Positions 1 to 11,620 of a DNA stretch of 43,856 nucleotides are shown piece by piece. The position numbers and the translations under genes are program-made. How positions within the stretch are numbered: the first letter of the stretch is position 1; each line of letters starts with the position of its first letter. The notes beneath the pieces are model-generated. The model searched no databases. It saw nothing but the letters and a program-made list of their open reading frames with translations, and was not told the DNA's origin. This DNA is from Neoechinorhynchus agilis (Eukaryota; Animalia; Acanthocephala), in contig JBMGUZ010000018.1 of NCBI GenBank assembly GCA_051530055.1, positions 1-43,856 on the forward strand. The letters are read 5' to 3'.

Positions 1-584
1 GTTGACTACGTTTCCTGGGTTGTTCTTAAGCAGCCAAGAGAGCACGGATGTGCCACTCGCAAGTGCTATTGCTACATCCTCTACTCGTGGTACGTAGCCC
101 CAGGTTCTGCTCACAGGCTTGCGGCCTTGCCGCTTCATCCAAGCCCTGTATTCGGCCACATCTAGTGCCGGAGTGTGATCCAGGGCCTCAGATGCTCCGT
201 CCAGTGCTCGGACCGCTTGTTCCTGCAGCAATCTCGTTTGGGTGTTCGGCGCTGTCCATCTGATTCTTCTTAGGCAACGGGACATTGCGCGTGCTGCTTT
301 CGCTCTATCGTCCATGTCGATCCTTCTTAGCTGTTCCAGCCAACCGGCGTTGAAGAAGGTGGTTTGAAGACGCACAAAGAGGTACCAACTGTCTGCTTCT
401 GCAGGTATTCCACTCACTCCTCTTAAAGCCGTAGTAATGCTCTGCAATATAGTCGTAAATGTCCTCAAAAGACGTTAGGTTCGATGGCATCTTATCCCCT
501 CAGTTAAATCATCATCGTCGTCATATCGGCCTTTTAACCGTATAACGCCGCGTGCGGAGCTCTTGCGAGGCAGGTAGTCGCTTT
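1..584 (-). pseudogene. 5' part of the unidentified virus-like ORF chain (duplicate of 23086-23669), cut by the window edge
   Basis: Near-identical to 23086-23669; encodes MPSNLTSFEDIYDYIAEHYY.../SWYLFVRLQTTFFNAGWLEQLRR... Confidence 0.55.
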
Positions 585-998
585 TGAAATTGTTAAGGTT
601 TCGCCATGTGAATCGCCTTGTTCCCCGCTCATTGTTGTCGAACTCTTTCATTCTCTTATTTTGCCTGAATTTGGTTTCAATTTTTTATGAACTTTCGATG
701 TCGCCGTATCTTCGTTTTCGATTTTCGATATTGGATTCACTTCTTTTTCATTCGAACCTGGAATAATGAAATTTTTCTTGTTGTTCCCATTGATGACTTC
801 ATCGACGATTTGGTTCCATCCTTCCAAGTGTTTTTAATTTTATGATTGCATGATACGTTCAGTTTTTAATTTTATGATTGCATGATACGTTCAAATCAGT
901 TTCTTTATTGTTGTTTCTGATGTCCACTTTCTGAGTTAGCCATTGATTTTGATTTGTTTTACGTTCCTTCGGATTACAAATTTTGGTTGTAATGTCCT

Positions 999-2123
999 TT
1001 AACCCTTTGCACTCGATTAAAATTTTAAGGTCGTTGACCCCAGATCGGAATATATTTTGAAATTTATACCGGGGAAAAGCATAAAACCAGTTTTACGTCA
1101 AATATTGAAAGAAAGTGTAATTTTCTCAATCAACAAACAAATATATTCAAATGTACCTTTCAATAGACACCACCATAGTAATCTTATTTATATTTGCTCA
1201 TTGTGTGATACTTCTTGAAACATTCTCCAGGATGTAAACCAAGCTGCCGGGAGCAAGTTTCACAGTAATACACTGTCTTGCGCCTGCCCCCTGGAGTCTT
1301 TCTGTCACTACAAAAACTGCAGTCTTTTGTCTTCTTGTTTTCAAATAAGGAAATGAAGTGTTTCTGATTGTTGAGTCGCTCTTGTGCATCCGATGTCGAC
1401 GGACGACCACGACGGCGTGTAGGCCGAGTTGCTCGCTGTTCATGAACCAGGTGAAGTATGACATCTTTGCGATACTCAATATGATCCATTTGATTGTCCG
1501 GGTGTGTTTGGATGAAAATAATAAAACTGTTTACAACTGCAACTTCCAATAACCAGTAAAATGTCTTCTTCCACCATTTCAATGATTTCCTTGGTCCACC
1601 GCACTCATATGTTTTGTGTATTCGACAATAGCAGTAGGTTTTTGGCTGATATCTTCCACCTGCCTAGATTTGTTCGTTCTCTGCACAGTCTCTACAGCTG
1701 CATTGTAATATGTGCTAAGCATGAATATTATTCGCTTGTCTTGCCATTCGTTGTTGTTGTAGTTCCAAGCACGAACTTCAAACTTCTTCATCTTGAGTGT
1801 CTGTTTCACATCGCGTGGTAAACCTTGTCGATTGCGCATCACTGTACCGGTTGTGTGAATATTTGCTTTCAGTAACTCTTGTGCCAAACAATGACCTGTA
1901 TAATAACGGTCCGTGAATATGTGATACCCGTCACCGTTGACTGCGCAGTGAATGGCAAGTCTGGTCTTGGAAGACTATTTGTTGTTATAGATCCATAGTA
2001 AGGTTCAAAGGCGCAGCCCGTCTTGCAATCTGCGAGTGAAAAAACTCGAAGACCCCATTTGTGGGGTTTTTGAGGATTATACATTTTGAACTGCGTCCTT
2101 CCTTTGAAACTTATTGTACTTTC
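999..2123 (-). mobile_element. piggyBac DNA transposon remnant (3' half, frameshifted transposase, one terminal repeat)
   Basis: TTAA (999-1002) is followed by a CCCTTTGCACTCG terminus. ORFs 1869..2174, 1579..1887 and 1184..1582 give ESTISFKGR..QFKMYNPQKPHKWGLRVF, YTKHMSAVD, KWWKKTFYWLLEVAVVNSFI and the C-terminal Cys-rich domain CSFC..RKTVYYCETC..LGLHPGECFKKYH. Confidence 0.93.
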
Positions 2124-3499
2124 AAAGTGTCCACCAGTCGTAATCCGTTTAATGAAATTTTGGTAATTCCCCAATTTTTTAACGTACGTCAGCTGATCAT
2201 TGTGATCGATATGAAGAATCGATTTGATCTTAACATTTTTAGATTGATTTATCTTTTACGGATCGCTTTACGTAGGCCATTGATTGTGATTGATTTTACG
2301 TTCCTTCGGATTACAAATTGTAGTTGTGATGTTCTTTAAAAGTCTCCCCCAGTCATAATCCCTTCTAATCTCTCGCTTTCCTAAGCGATCTTCTTATGTT
2401 CATGGATGTTAATTTGAAAACGCGTTCATTTGCTCAATGCAAAATACTTGTGGTGAAACGACCAACATTATCTTATTTCACGTTTGTTTGCCTTCTGACG
2501 ATTTATCCAAATATTATCCGATTTTGCGCCCACATTCTCTTCCTGTTAAGTTGCCCCATGAACGCTGGCGATAGTTAAGAAGATTGCAAATTTCGAAAGG
2601 GATCAGGGTCGAGTAGACCAAACAAACGATTTTCTCCCCCGGAAGTTTTTAAAATGCTAAAATCTTTATTAGAACATTGCGTTTTTTCCAAAGTTGCAAA
2701 TAAAATATATCCTAAAATGATAACAACTAGAAAAACTGTCTGACCAATCGGTCAACAGATTTGCATTCACTTAATTGAGATCATTTCATTGAAATTCTTC
2801 GGACGTTTCCTAGTTCAGCTTTTGCTCGAATTCTTATCGCTAAAAGCAATTTAGAAACTATTTTATTTTCAATAACATTTGAAGAATGTGCTTCCAGCAA
2901 CTATCGCACACAGGAGCATTATAAATATCGCTGTCCACATTATATTCAAAATACAACGATCGCCATCTGAATCGCATTCTTGTTCCCCGCTCATTTTCCC
3001 TGAATTCGATTTTTCAATTTTTTATGAACTTGCGATGTCGCCAGTTGTGGTAGCCATATACGAACAACTAGTTTGTTATTCGAAGTCTGCCTTCCAACTA
3101 GCACATATCGAAGCCTGGAGACAAACAGCAAAATGACGACGAATCCGATGAGATGAGCAGTCGACCTCCAATGATGGGCGAAAGTTCTCAACCGTCCGAA
3201 AGAAGCCTGCGCCTTGTAACGCAAAGGAGAGTTGTGCAGTAGTCGTAGCAACGTCGCCTACACGCTGGGGCTTTCTATCTGGCACGATTGTCGTACGACC
3301 CTGAAGCACAGTTAATCGCTTGATGCCAAAATCATGCGTGACAAACGATAAGCACTCCACGTGACTTGTGTGCGAGGTGATAACACCTCGGCGACTCGAA
3401 AACACACATTTTATCCAAATTTGCTTACGAAGCGAAAGATTAAAGAACAAACCCACAGTGCGATATGGAGCAGTAATCGTGAAGAGGAAGTTACATTGA

Positions 3500-3830
3500 A
3501 AGAGACGTTTGACGCTTAAACGCCCTCGTTTGTCCATTGTAGTGAATGGAGCAGAGCTCGTGGGACAGTGTACGGTTCGTTCGAAGAGCACCGGCAGCTT
3601 CAAATACCTCGGCTCATTCATTTCAGTTGAAAGCGATTTACAATACGAACTGTCATCAAGAATAAGCGTTGCCTGGACTAAATGGCGATCGACAGCCGGT
3701 GTCCTTTCCGAGCGATCGACAGCCGGTGTCCTTTGTGATCGCAGAATAGAAGATGGCCTAAAGTTGAAGGTCTACAGGACAGTTATCCGACCTGTAGCAA
3801 TGCATGGCGCTTAATGCCGGCCGGGTCACG
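3500..3830 (+). mobile_element. RTE-type non-LTR retrotransposon, RT C-terminal fragment
   Basis: ORF 3509..3814: FKYLGSFIS...RISVAWTKWR..AGVLCDRRI..LKLKVYRTVIRPVAMHG; contains an in-frame 27-bp tandem duplication (~3687-3730). Confidence 0.8.
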
Positions 3831-3999
3831 AGTGTGATGAAAGAAGGTCAAGGAAGAGGTGACCGATGAGGAGTACCACGATATAAGGATGTCCGAAGAG
3901 CGACAACAGGAGAAGGTTGATTTGTCAATCACGTTGGATAAATCAAAATCTCTAGCAGAAGCACCGAAGCCCAGCAGAAGCGAAGGATTAAAGAAAACG

Positions 4000-4700
4000 T
4001 TCTCAAATCGCATTTGTTCAATTCCTCAGTCATAAACGTGAAAGATCATCAAATTTGCAAACGTCAACAAATGATGGAAACAATGTATGAGTAATCACTG
4101 TTGTTTCTCCAAAAATTGAAAAACGAATAACTCAAGAACTATTGCAGCTATCGTAAATCCGAAAACAAATTTTGAATTAGCGCGTCAAGAATTACTAAAC
4201 GGACAAAATTGTATATGGCTAGCTTACGTAATAACGTGGCAAATTGCATTTGTTCAATTCCTCAAAAGTCATAAACGTGAACGATCATAAAATTTGCAAA
4301 TGCCAACGAAGGATGGAAACAATGCATCAATAATCACGGTTGTTTCTCCCAAAATTGAAAAACAAATAACTCAAGAACTATTGCAGCTATCGCAAATCCG
4401 AAAATAGATTTGGAATAAGCGCGCCGGCAAGTACAAAACGGACAATATTATATGGCTCGCTAACGTTATAACTTTCTCAAATCGTATTTGTTCAATTCCT
4501 CAAAAGTCATAAACGTGAAAAAAATCATCAAATTTGCAAACGTCAACAAAGGATGGAAACAATGCATAAATAATCACGGTTGTTTCTCCAAAAATTGAAA
4601 AACGAATAAGTCAAGAATTATTGCAGCTATCGCCAAATCCGAAAATGGATTTTGAATTAGCGCATCGGGAATTACTAAACGGACAAAAAGTGCGAATAAA
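4000..4700. repeat. ~236-bp tandem repeat, ~3 diverged copies (same family as 42665-43480)
   Basis: 'ttgttcaattcctc(aaa)agtcataaacgtga..aaatttgcaaa' recurs at ~4014, ~4251 and ~4488. Confidence 0.88.
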
Positions 4701-4904
4701 GGTGAAATTACCAAGGATACTAAATCGTTCTCTATATTGGGAAACACATTATTGATAAACAAAATGAACGACAAGCAAGGGAAATTCGGTGGTGGCATTT
4801 TTTTCCGCCAACGGAGTGGTTATAACAATAATGGCGAACCTGAGCTGTCTCATCAGCCTTACTTTGATCTCAAGGAAACTTCTTAGCTATTTGCAATTCG
4901 ATTG

Positions 4905-5309
4905 CTAGGTCAGAGCCCGGTTTATCGTTCTGTTCCCGAACGCCCCAGATACTTGTTCCACCATATTTCTTTGGAAACTTTGCCGACATTTCTGGGAATA
5001 GTCGGAGCAGAGATATTTTGCCCCATGGATCCATGTTGAAATTGCGTTTAAATTTGAACAGACAGAAAAGATTTTCGCTGCGATTAGCCGTCTGGACCAG
5101 CCAAAAGAGTGGAGATGTACGTCGAAAAGAAAACGCTCACACCACTTCCAGCCAGCGAATTGAGAGCCCCCGCAACCAACCATCCCGACGAACGAAAATT
5201 GCCGGAAATGACGATTTGGAATTGATAACAGTGAGGCCGATCGTCGGGAAATGCGCCACTCGGCCTTTTCCGTTAGTTCTCAGGAATCTCCAAGCGCCTC
5301 AAGCTCCTT
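4905..5309 (-). pseudogene. Virus-like ORF family copy 1, downstream piece (continuation after the CRE insertion)
   Basis: Translates KELEALGDS*ELTEKAEWRISRR..NRHFRQF / SSGWLVAGALNSLAGSGVSVFFSTYISTLLAGPDG*, matching KELELLDGQGELLEKAEWRVSRR..NRHFMQFCSSGWISADAVTTLARNGVSSFVGSYISTVLAGGDGY in copy 2 (~28030-27770). Similarity fades below ~5080. Confidence 0.85.
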
Positions 5310-5368
5310 TTTTTTTAAAAAATGCCACAGATTTATTTCAGGTGTCTTTTATCAACTTTTCTTTACAT

Positions 5369-8300
5369 TCACCACCTCCCACCAAATTCCAGCTTTTGTC
5401 CTTCCTCGACCGTCGCCATCACGCTGGCAGCATTGCCCCGTTGTACTGCCAGCGAGATATTTTGTCGAAGAAATAAGCCTGCTCTTCAGTCTCCGGTTGC
5501 CTCTCTCAATTTCTTCGAGAGATCCTTGAGCAGAGAGAGTGCCGAGCTGCCGAGCGCTCCATACGTCTCTACCCCTAAGGGGACAAAATAGTGAGCCCTC
5601 GATAGCTGCATATATTTTCGTACCTTCCTCCCTTCCGCTGCACTGGCGGCACCACCGGCGATTTCGAGGGAGTAGGGGATGTTGCTGGCTGCGAGGGTGT
5701 CCACACACGTGGCGTCCCAGAGAAGGCATTTGTCCTCCCGCCACGGGAAGACCGAAATTCCATCGGGCCTACGGCCGTCTAGTCTGCAGAGGTGGGCGGG
5801 TTCCAGGATGTTCGGGAAGTTCGCCGTTCTCAACGCCCGAGAAATTACGTTATTGATTTCAGAATGGCGTGAAAACCTTCCTGCTGACCTTCTGCAGACG
5901 AGACCGTGTCGCCCGAAAGCATCAACCAAAGACCCACATCGACAGCGATGGGGCGTGCATATCGGGAGACCAAGTCTTAAGGATACTGCGATCCTCGTTA
6001 CCTCGTCAGTAAGAAGAGTTCCCACAGATGCCAGAGGAACAGCCTCCAACCACGCCCCAGATTCTCGTGTTGAAACTGCCAACAGTCTAGCTCGGACGAC
6101 CCCATCGCGAGAACCTGAAAGAAGAGAGCTGTGAGCTCTCGCGACAAGAGGTCCGTCCCAGATCGACTGTCTGAGGCCATTCACGGGAACTTGGTTAGCG
6201 CCTGTCTGCTGGCACCATTCCTCAACCGCCACCACGAAATCCCGGTCAAGACAAAACTTTTCTTTCAAAATGTTCTTCGAGACTGGTAGGCTCCCCTCAA
6301 ACGATCCAAGAAAGGCCGGCAATGCAAGGTCGACTAGTGCCCGAATTCCCAATCCCCCAGATGACACAGGCAAAGAAGCTTGTCGCCACGCCTCATCTGA
6401 GAGCTGGACATTTAAAATACGCTCGAGGCAAGCCCTCACCTTATTGTCCAGCTTTGCCAATCCTTCTTCGTGTTTGAAAAATGTTGCTGTGCGAACCTTG
6501 TACAATAATTTGGGGATGAAGAGCGCGTTCTTTATGAGAAACAAGGCTTCATGAGCCGAGAGAGCGCACACCCTATCGCACAGCAACGAAAGTTTCGGTA
6601 TGATATGGCCGATCTCATCTTCCACATTTGAATCGAAGACACAACTGCCCAAGAGGCTGAGTTGTTCCCGAGTCACGAGTTTCAGACCTGGAGCTACGGC
6701 CTCGAACCCAGCCATTAGTTCTTTGACTTTAGCGGCGTCTCCAATATTCAGTACAAGGAGCTCACATTTTCCAGCATTAAGCTCAATGCCCATCTTCGAG
6801 GTCTCCCTAATCAGCGTCTCCAAATCGCGCAGTACAACGGAGGGATCACCTCCGAGCGTAGCGTCATCCAAGTACCAAGCGTTGAAGCTGGAATGGAGAG
6901 AATGCGCTATTGGATTTACTGTTAGGGAGAATGCGATTGGACCGAGAGGATCTCCTTGCTGTACTCCTCTTTCGGACCAAATGAGGTGGTCTTCGAAAAG
7001 CAAAGGAATCGCCGTCCCGTAGGCATTGAGAAAATACTGGAAGGCTTCTGGTGCGTGATCCCTAATTGCGCGGAACATGGTTTCTCTATTGAGAGAGTTA
7101 AAGGCGTTCCGAAAATCACACTTAAGAATCACGCACGGCGCTGAGCTACTCGTAGCAAAGTTTCGGAGCGAGTGGACGATAGCTTCCGCCCCGCAGGATG
7201 TGCAGCAGCCCAGTTGGATTGGACGAAGTTGCTGCCCGGTTTTCTCTGTAATACGTTTGCAGAGAATTTTTCCTGCAAGTCGGCGTATCGTCGAAGATAC
7301 GGCGATGGGACGAATCCCACCTTCTTTTTTTGTGAGAGCACATAATGATGCTCCGAAAAATAGGTCTTTTGCAACGGGGTTCAGCTCCTCTCCAGTCAGG
7401 CGGTCGACTATTCGAGAAAGCGCACTTTCTAGAGAGAGCTGCTTCACCAGTTGAAAAGGACATCATGTCCTTTAAGTGCTGAGGCCTTAGTCCGTCAAGC
7501 CCGTGACCCGAACCATTTGCAAAAGTTGAGATGGCCTTTTTCATTTCTGAAATTTGAGTGGGCGTCCTGTCCTGAATGGGAGGAGATGGAATTTCAAAGC
7601 TTCCGCTAGTACATGGGTGCTTCGACCGGAGTATTTGTAGCGTCTCGCTGTCTCCTTTTGCGAAACTGTCGGAGGATGACAATAACCGAACAGCCCCCCG
7701 AACATCCCCGTCCGCAAGCTTCGAAGAGACACGCTCAGTCAGTGATCGCTTTGAAAAACGGCAGCGATACTCTTCCTTCGTGCGTCCCTTAGAAACCTCG
7801 CGGAGATTCCTTTCAAAATTTTTAAATATTTGTTCAAAGGAATCTAACCTTTCCTTGATTGTTGATGTCAAAGACACCCCAGAATTACCGCTGGTGCAGA
7901 GGACTAAGCGCGGGAAAGCGAAGAGCCGTGTCCATGAAGGCGCACAGTTCGTTTGCAGGCAATCATTGAGCAATCCCGTAAATGCTTTGGCGACCAGATA
8001 TCGCGCGCCTTTGGGGATCCGTTTCAGGACGTTCCTGGGCAGAAACCGCACGATATCAGGTATCGAAATAGAATCAGTGGTGATCTGAGGGGTCTCAGGC
8101 ACGAACGGTTCGGTTAATTGTGGTGGAGAACCAGACCCACTACAGCGGAGATCTCGGGGACCATGGACAAACAAAACCCCCATATTTGTTAATTTAAAAA
8201 AACTTACCGCAAACCGGACACAAACCAGTAGAGACGCGTGGGAGCCCGGCAGCGTTGGTCTTCTCAGATTGCACGTGATCGATAAGTAGCTCGTTCAAAT

Positions 8301-9747
8301 TATCTGCGTCACCAGCGTCGATTGTAGGCGATTTGAACACATTGTGATGTAGTTTGGAATTTCTGCAAAACCTATCCGATGCTGAGATCGTCCTGAGCCT
8401 TCTTGGAGGTATAGTGCTGGGAGGTGAATCTAATCCGTCGCTAGATAAATCGTCTGACTGCTTGGCTTTGAGCGGTGACTTCGGGGTAGTCGCTAATTCG
8501 TCACCTTGCGTGGGCCGTCCCCGAGCGAAGCGAGGGGACGGCGGTGGTGGCATCGTTGACGGCGGTGGTGGCATCGTTGACGGCGGTGGTGGCATCGTTG
8601 ACGGCGGTGGTGGCATCGTTGACGGCGGTGGTGGCATCGTTGACGGCGGTGGTGGTATCGTTGACGGCGGTGGTGGTGGCATCGTTGACGGCGGTGGTGG
8701 CATCGTTGACGGCGGTGGTGGCATCGTTGACGGCGGTGGTGGCATCGTTGACGGCGGTGGTGGCATCGTTGACGGCGGTGGTGGCATCGTTGACGGCGGT
8801 GGTGGCATCGTTGACGGCGGTGGTGGCATCGTTGACGGCGGTGGTGGCATCGTTGACGGCGGTGGTGGCATCGTTGACGGCGGTGGTGGCATCGTTGACG
8901 GCGGTGGTGGCATCGTTGACGGCGGTGGTGGCATCGTTGACGGCGGTGGTGGCATCGTTGACGGCAGTGGTGGCATCGTTGACGGCAGTGGTGGCATCGT
9001 TGACGGCGGTGGTGGCATCGTTGACGGCGGTGGTGGCATCGTTGACGGCGGTGGTGGCATCGTTGACGGCGGTGGTGGCATCGTTGACGGCGGTGGTGGC
9101 ATCGTTGACGGCGGTGGTGGCATCGTTGACGGCGGTGGTGGCATCGTTGACGGCGGTGGTGGCATCGTTGACGGCGGTGGTGGCATCGTTGACGGCGGTG
9201 GTGGCATCGTTGACGGCGGTGGTGGCATCGTTGACGGCGGTGGTGGCCTCGTGGACGGCGGTGGTGGCATCGTTGACGGCGGTGGTGGCATCGTTGACGG
9301 CGGTGGTGGCATCGTTGACGGCGGTGGTGGCATCGTTGACGGCGGTGGTGGCATCGTTGACGGCGGTGGTGGCATCGTGGCGGCGGCATCGTTGACGGCG
9401 GCGGTGGCATCGTTGACCGGCGGTGGCATCGTTGACGGCGGCGGTGGCACCGTTGACGGCGGCGGTGGCATCGTTGACGGCGGTGGTGGCATCGTTGACG
9501 GCGGTGGTGGCATCGTTGACGACGGCGGTGGTGGCATCGTTGACGGCGGTGGTGGCATCGTTGACGGCGGAGGTGGCATCGTTGACGGCGGTGGTGGCAT
9601 CGTTGACGGCGGTGGTGGCATCGTTGACGGCGGTGGTGGCATCGTTGACGGCGGTGGTGGCATCGTTGACGGCGGTGGTGGCATCGTTGACGGCGGTGGT
9701 GGCATCGTTGACGGCGGTGGTGGCATCGTTGACGGCGGTGGTGGCAT
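5369..9747 (-). pseudogene. CRE single ORF (Pro-rich repeat, CCHC finger, RT, RLE) broken by three lesions
   Basis: ORFs 8194..9747, 7146..8183 and 5486..7447 join if one T is removed from T7 (8196-8202) and one CT is restored in the (CT)4 run (~7432-7441). Reading through TGA 5486-5488 gives RAGLFLRQNISLAVQRGNAASV to a stop at 5369. Confidence 0.85.
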
Positions 9748-9763
9748 CGTTGACGGCGGTGGT
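8537..9763. repeat. 21-bp tandem array GACGGCGGTGGTGGCATCGTT, ~58 copies
   Basis: Directly visible, with a few 24-bp and degenerate units (~9370-9460). Reads PPPPSTM, TTAVNDA or HHRRQRC on the minus strand. Confidence 0.98.
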
Positions 9764-9767
9764 ACCT

Positions 9768-11330
9768 TTGATTACGAGATTGTAAATCTCGCGCCAATGC
9801 CTCAACATAGACGGGTTATGTCCGTGGGCAAAACACAACCCCAACAGTCTTTGAATTTCCAATCTCCTGACTCCTATCATTCACCATCACGCCACTGACG
9901 GGACCGTCCGGGTAGTGGATATTCTTGATCATCGCATCCATGTCCCGGGTAAAAGACCCATTCCTATCATTCGGCGTGAACGAATAGCGTTCAGAACCTG
10001 GAGGATCGCGATGCGCCCGAACCGAACCCGTCGCATTTGAATCAGCATTCATACTTCGCGAAATATAGACCGTAAAGGTTGTACCAAGGTCAACCGGACT
10101 GGCTGCTAGTGAGTCTATGTCTAAATCTTTCTGATATGAGCACAATAAAGGGGTGTCTTCCAAATGAACCATAGCACCTATCTCCTCTAAGACTTGTTCT
10201 ATTACTGCAAGCGTGGAAGATGTCTGAGAGAAGCACTGCAGTAGGTCGTTTAACGATTGTGGCGTCAAGCACTCTTTGCGTAGCCAGTGGTTTTGGAATA
10301 GTCGGTTCGCTGGCGGTAGTGGTGTATCTACCAACTCAACTGGCTTTTCAGATATGGAGGAAATCACTCTTTCACACTTTGACTCCCTCTACACAAATTG
10401 GCCATACAACCTTCTAATACACCGGCTAACGTTGATTGAATTTGTTGCATGCCCATACCTGATATGAACAATCGCTTTGGTGGTGGCAACACCACATTAT
10501 CTACACAATCACGCTTGATACACTCACACTCGGGGGCGGATTCAACCCCACGTTGCCTGGTATAGCCTCTATATCGAACAAATCGCTCATAAACACGTCG
10601 ATCCCAGACGCATCCTTGCTCCCTTCGGAGGGAGCCCAGAAGATGAAACCCGTACAGGCGGACCCATGTTCCGCTCAACGTCCGAAACTGACATGCTGCC
10701 AAGAGTGAATACGCGCGCACCCTCACTATTAACATACCTTCTTACAGTGGTTAAAGAACCGTGTTGTGGTGGAGCTGTGAAATTCGGATCTACCGCTTTC
10801 CCCTTATTGATGGATGTTCCTATTTGTTTAAAATGAAGATTTTCGTACTATGATCCGGTATTCTTGAGAACCTTGTCGCCTCCCACGGCTCCTAGAAGAC
10901 TCATTTTTATCAAGGTGCTGATATCCTCATCACCTATTTCCTTGATTGAATCTATTAGCTCTTCTCAACTTGTTCCAGTAAGAGCAGCGTCCGTATTTGC
11001 CATCTCTCTTTCAATCAGGTTTTCCCAAACATCTTTCGGTCAAGGGTTGGTTGCTCATTGTCATTATCGATCAAGAATCATAATTAAATAGAAGGCATTT
11101 ATTGTTTTTTCAACTATGTTATGGATTATTTTCTTAAAACCATCGAGCAGCTTATAGAATCCGTTCCCACAAGAGAAAGGCAGCCTCTCCATTCGGAAAT
11201 CCAGTGCTCGCATAATATACAACAGAAGGATGTGCCGGAAAGACGTTATTAAAATTTTCCCACAAAATCTTGTAGGTAGAGCGATTTTGAATTTGCCCCT
11301 TACTTCATCACCTCCATGGGATCTTTGCAT
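9768..11330 (-). pseudogene. Virus-like ORF family copy 1, upstream piece
   Basis: ORF 9816..10367 (YQKDLDIDSLAASPVDLGTTFTVYISR, SFTPNDRNGSFTRD, IGNSKTVGVVFCPRT*PVYVEALARDLQSRNQ) aligns with copy 2 (YRNDLDLESLVNCPVDLGTAFMAYVSR, SFVPTDRNGSFTRD, IGTSKKRLMGLCYSHRSNMPMLRA*AYGLASRYQ). Similarity from 10400 to 11330 is weaker and the boundary approximate. Confidence 0.75.
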
Positions 11331-11399
11331 TAAATTATCATAGGTAATTCCGACTTTTCCAGTTTTGTCAATCCTTCCTCCCGAATCTTCTCTGCCAGA

Positions 11400-11620
11400 A
11401 AAGCTATTACTGTATATGTTTGCTGTTTTGTAGAATTGAGTTTATACCGGCTGTAAACGCCATTGACTGGTTTGACAAAGACTTTAGCTAATTTTGCTAT
11501 GGCGTCAGAAAACGAAATTCCACTAGAGATCCGATCAAATAAGGAAGGAGAGGCAGTGGTGAGGAGGAGGTCTAGTTTATCTTCGTCATTTAGTGAGCCA
11601 GATCTTTTCAAGAATAAATC
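11400..11620 (-). mobile_element. Ty3/Gypsy Gag-like fragment
   Basis: DEDKLDLLL..SPSLFDRIS..SFSDAIAKLAKVFVKPVNGVYSRYKL..KQ resembles the Gag core of invertebrate Ty3/Gypsy elements. Confidence 0.65.

Larger units (their letters stand above)
1..3104. repeat. Segmental duplication, copy 1 (paralog of 23086-25038)
   Basis: Base 1 onward matches 23086 onward almost exactly (ORFs 48..263 and 305..490 equal 23133..23348 and 23390..23575). Similarity ends after 'ccttccaactagcac' (~3104 / ~25038). This copy additionally carries piggyBac 1003-2123. Confidence 0.95.
5308..9767 (-). mobile_element. CRE-clade (restriction-like endonuclease) non-LTR retrotransposon, near complete, with 3' poly(A)
   Basis: RT motifs GGIRPIAV, GVQQGDPLGP, YLDD, LLGS; CRE-type ASLPVSSGGLGIR and SGAWL; zinc knuckle CRC..H..C; RH; PD..WD nuclease; C-terminal QRGNAASV. 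AATAAA at 5332-5337 and an A9 tail at 5308-5316 on the minus strand. Confidence 0.9.

Noticed and set aside
3105-3390. Possible Gypsy integrase C-terminal fragment (PTRWG..GTIV)
   Set aside because: Match too short and interrupted to support a call.
5018-8088. Numerous plus-strand ORFs over the CRE (e.g. 5679..6134, 6600..7022, 7077..7454, 7576..8088)
   Set aside because: Antisense shadows of the RT/RLE frame.
8537-9763. CRISPR array
   Set aside because: Head-to-tail repeats with no unique spacers, no cas genes, and a eukaryotic context.
9764-9820. Template-switch capture of viral RNA at the CRE 5' end
   Set aside because: The same virus-like ORF resumes on the other side of the element (5309 downward), so this is an insertion into a pre-existing sequence.
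8354-9898. 514-aa plus-strand (DGGGGIV)n ORF and the other repeat-spanning ORFs (8493..9797, 8501..9880, 8544..9395)
   Set aside because: They are open only because the 21-bp unit has no stop in those frames; only the PPPPST frame connects to the CRE zinc finger.
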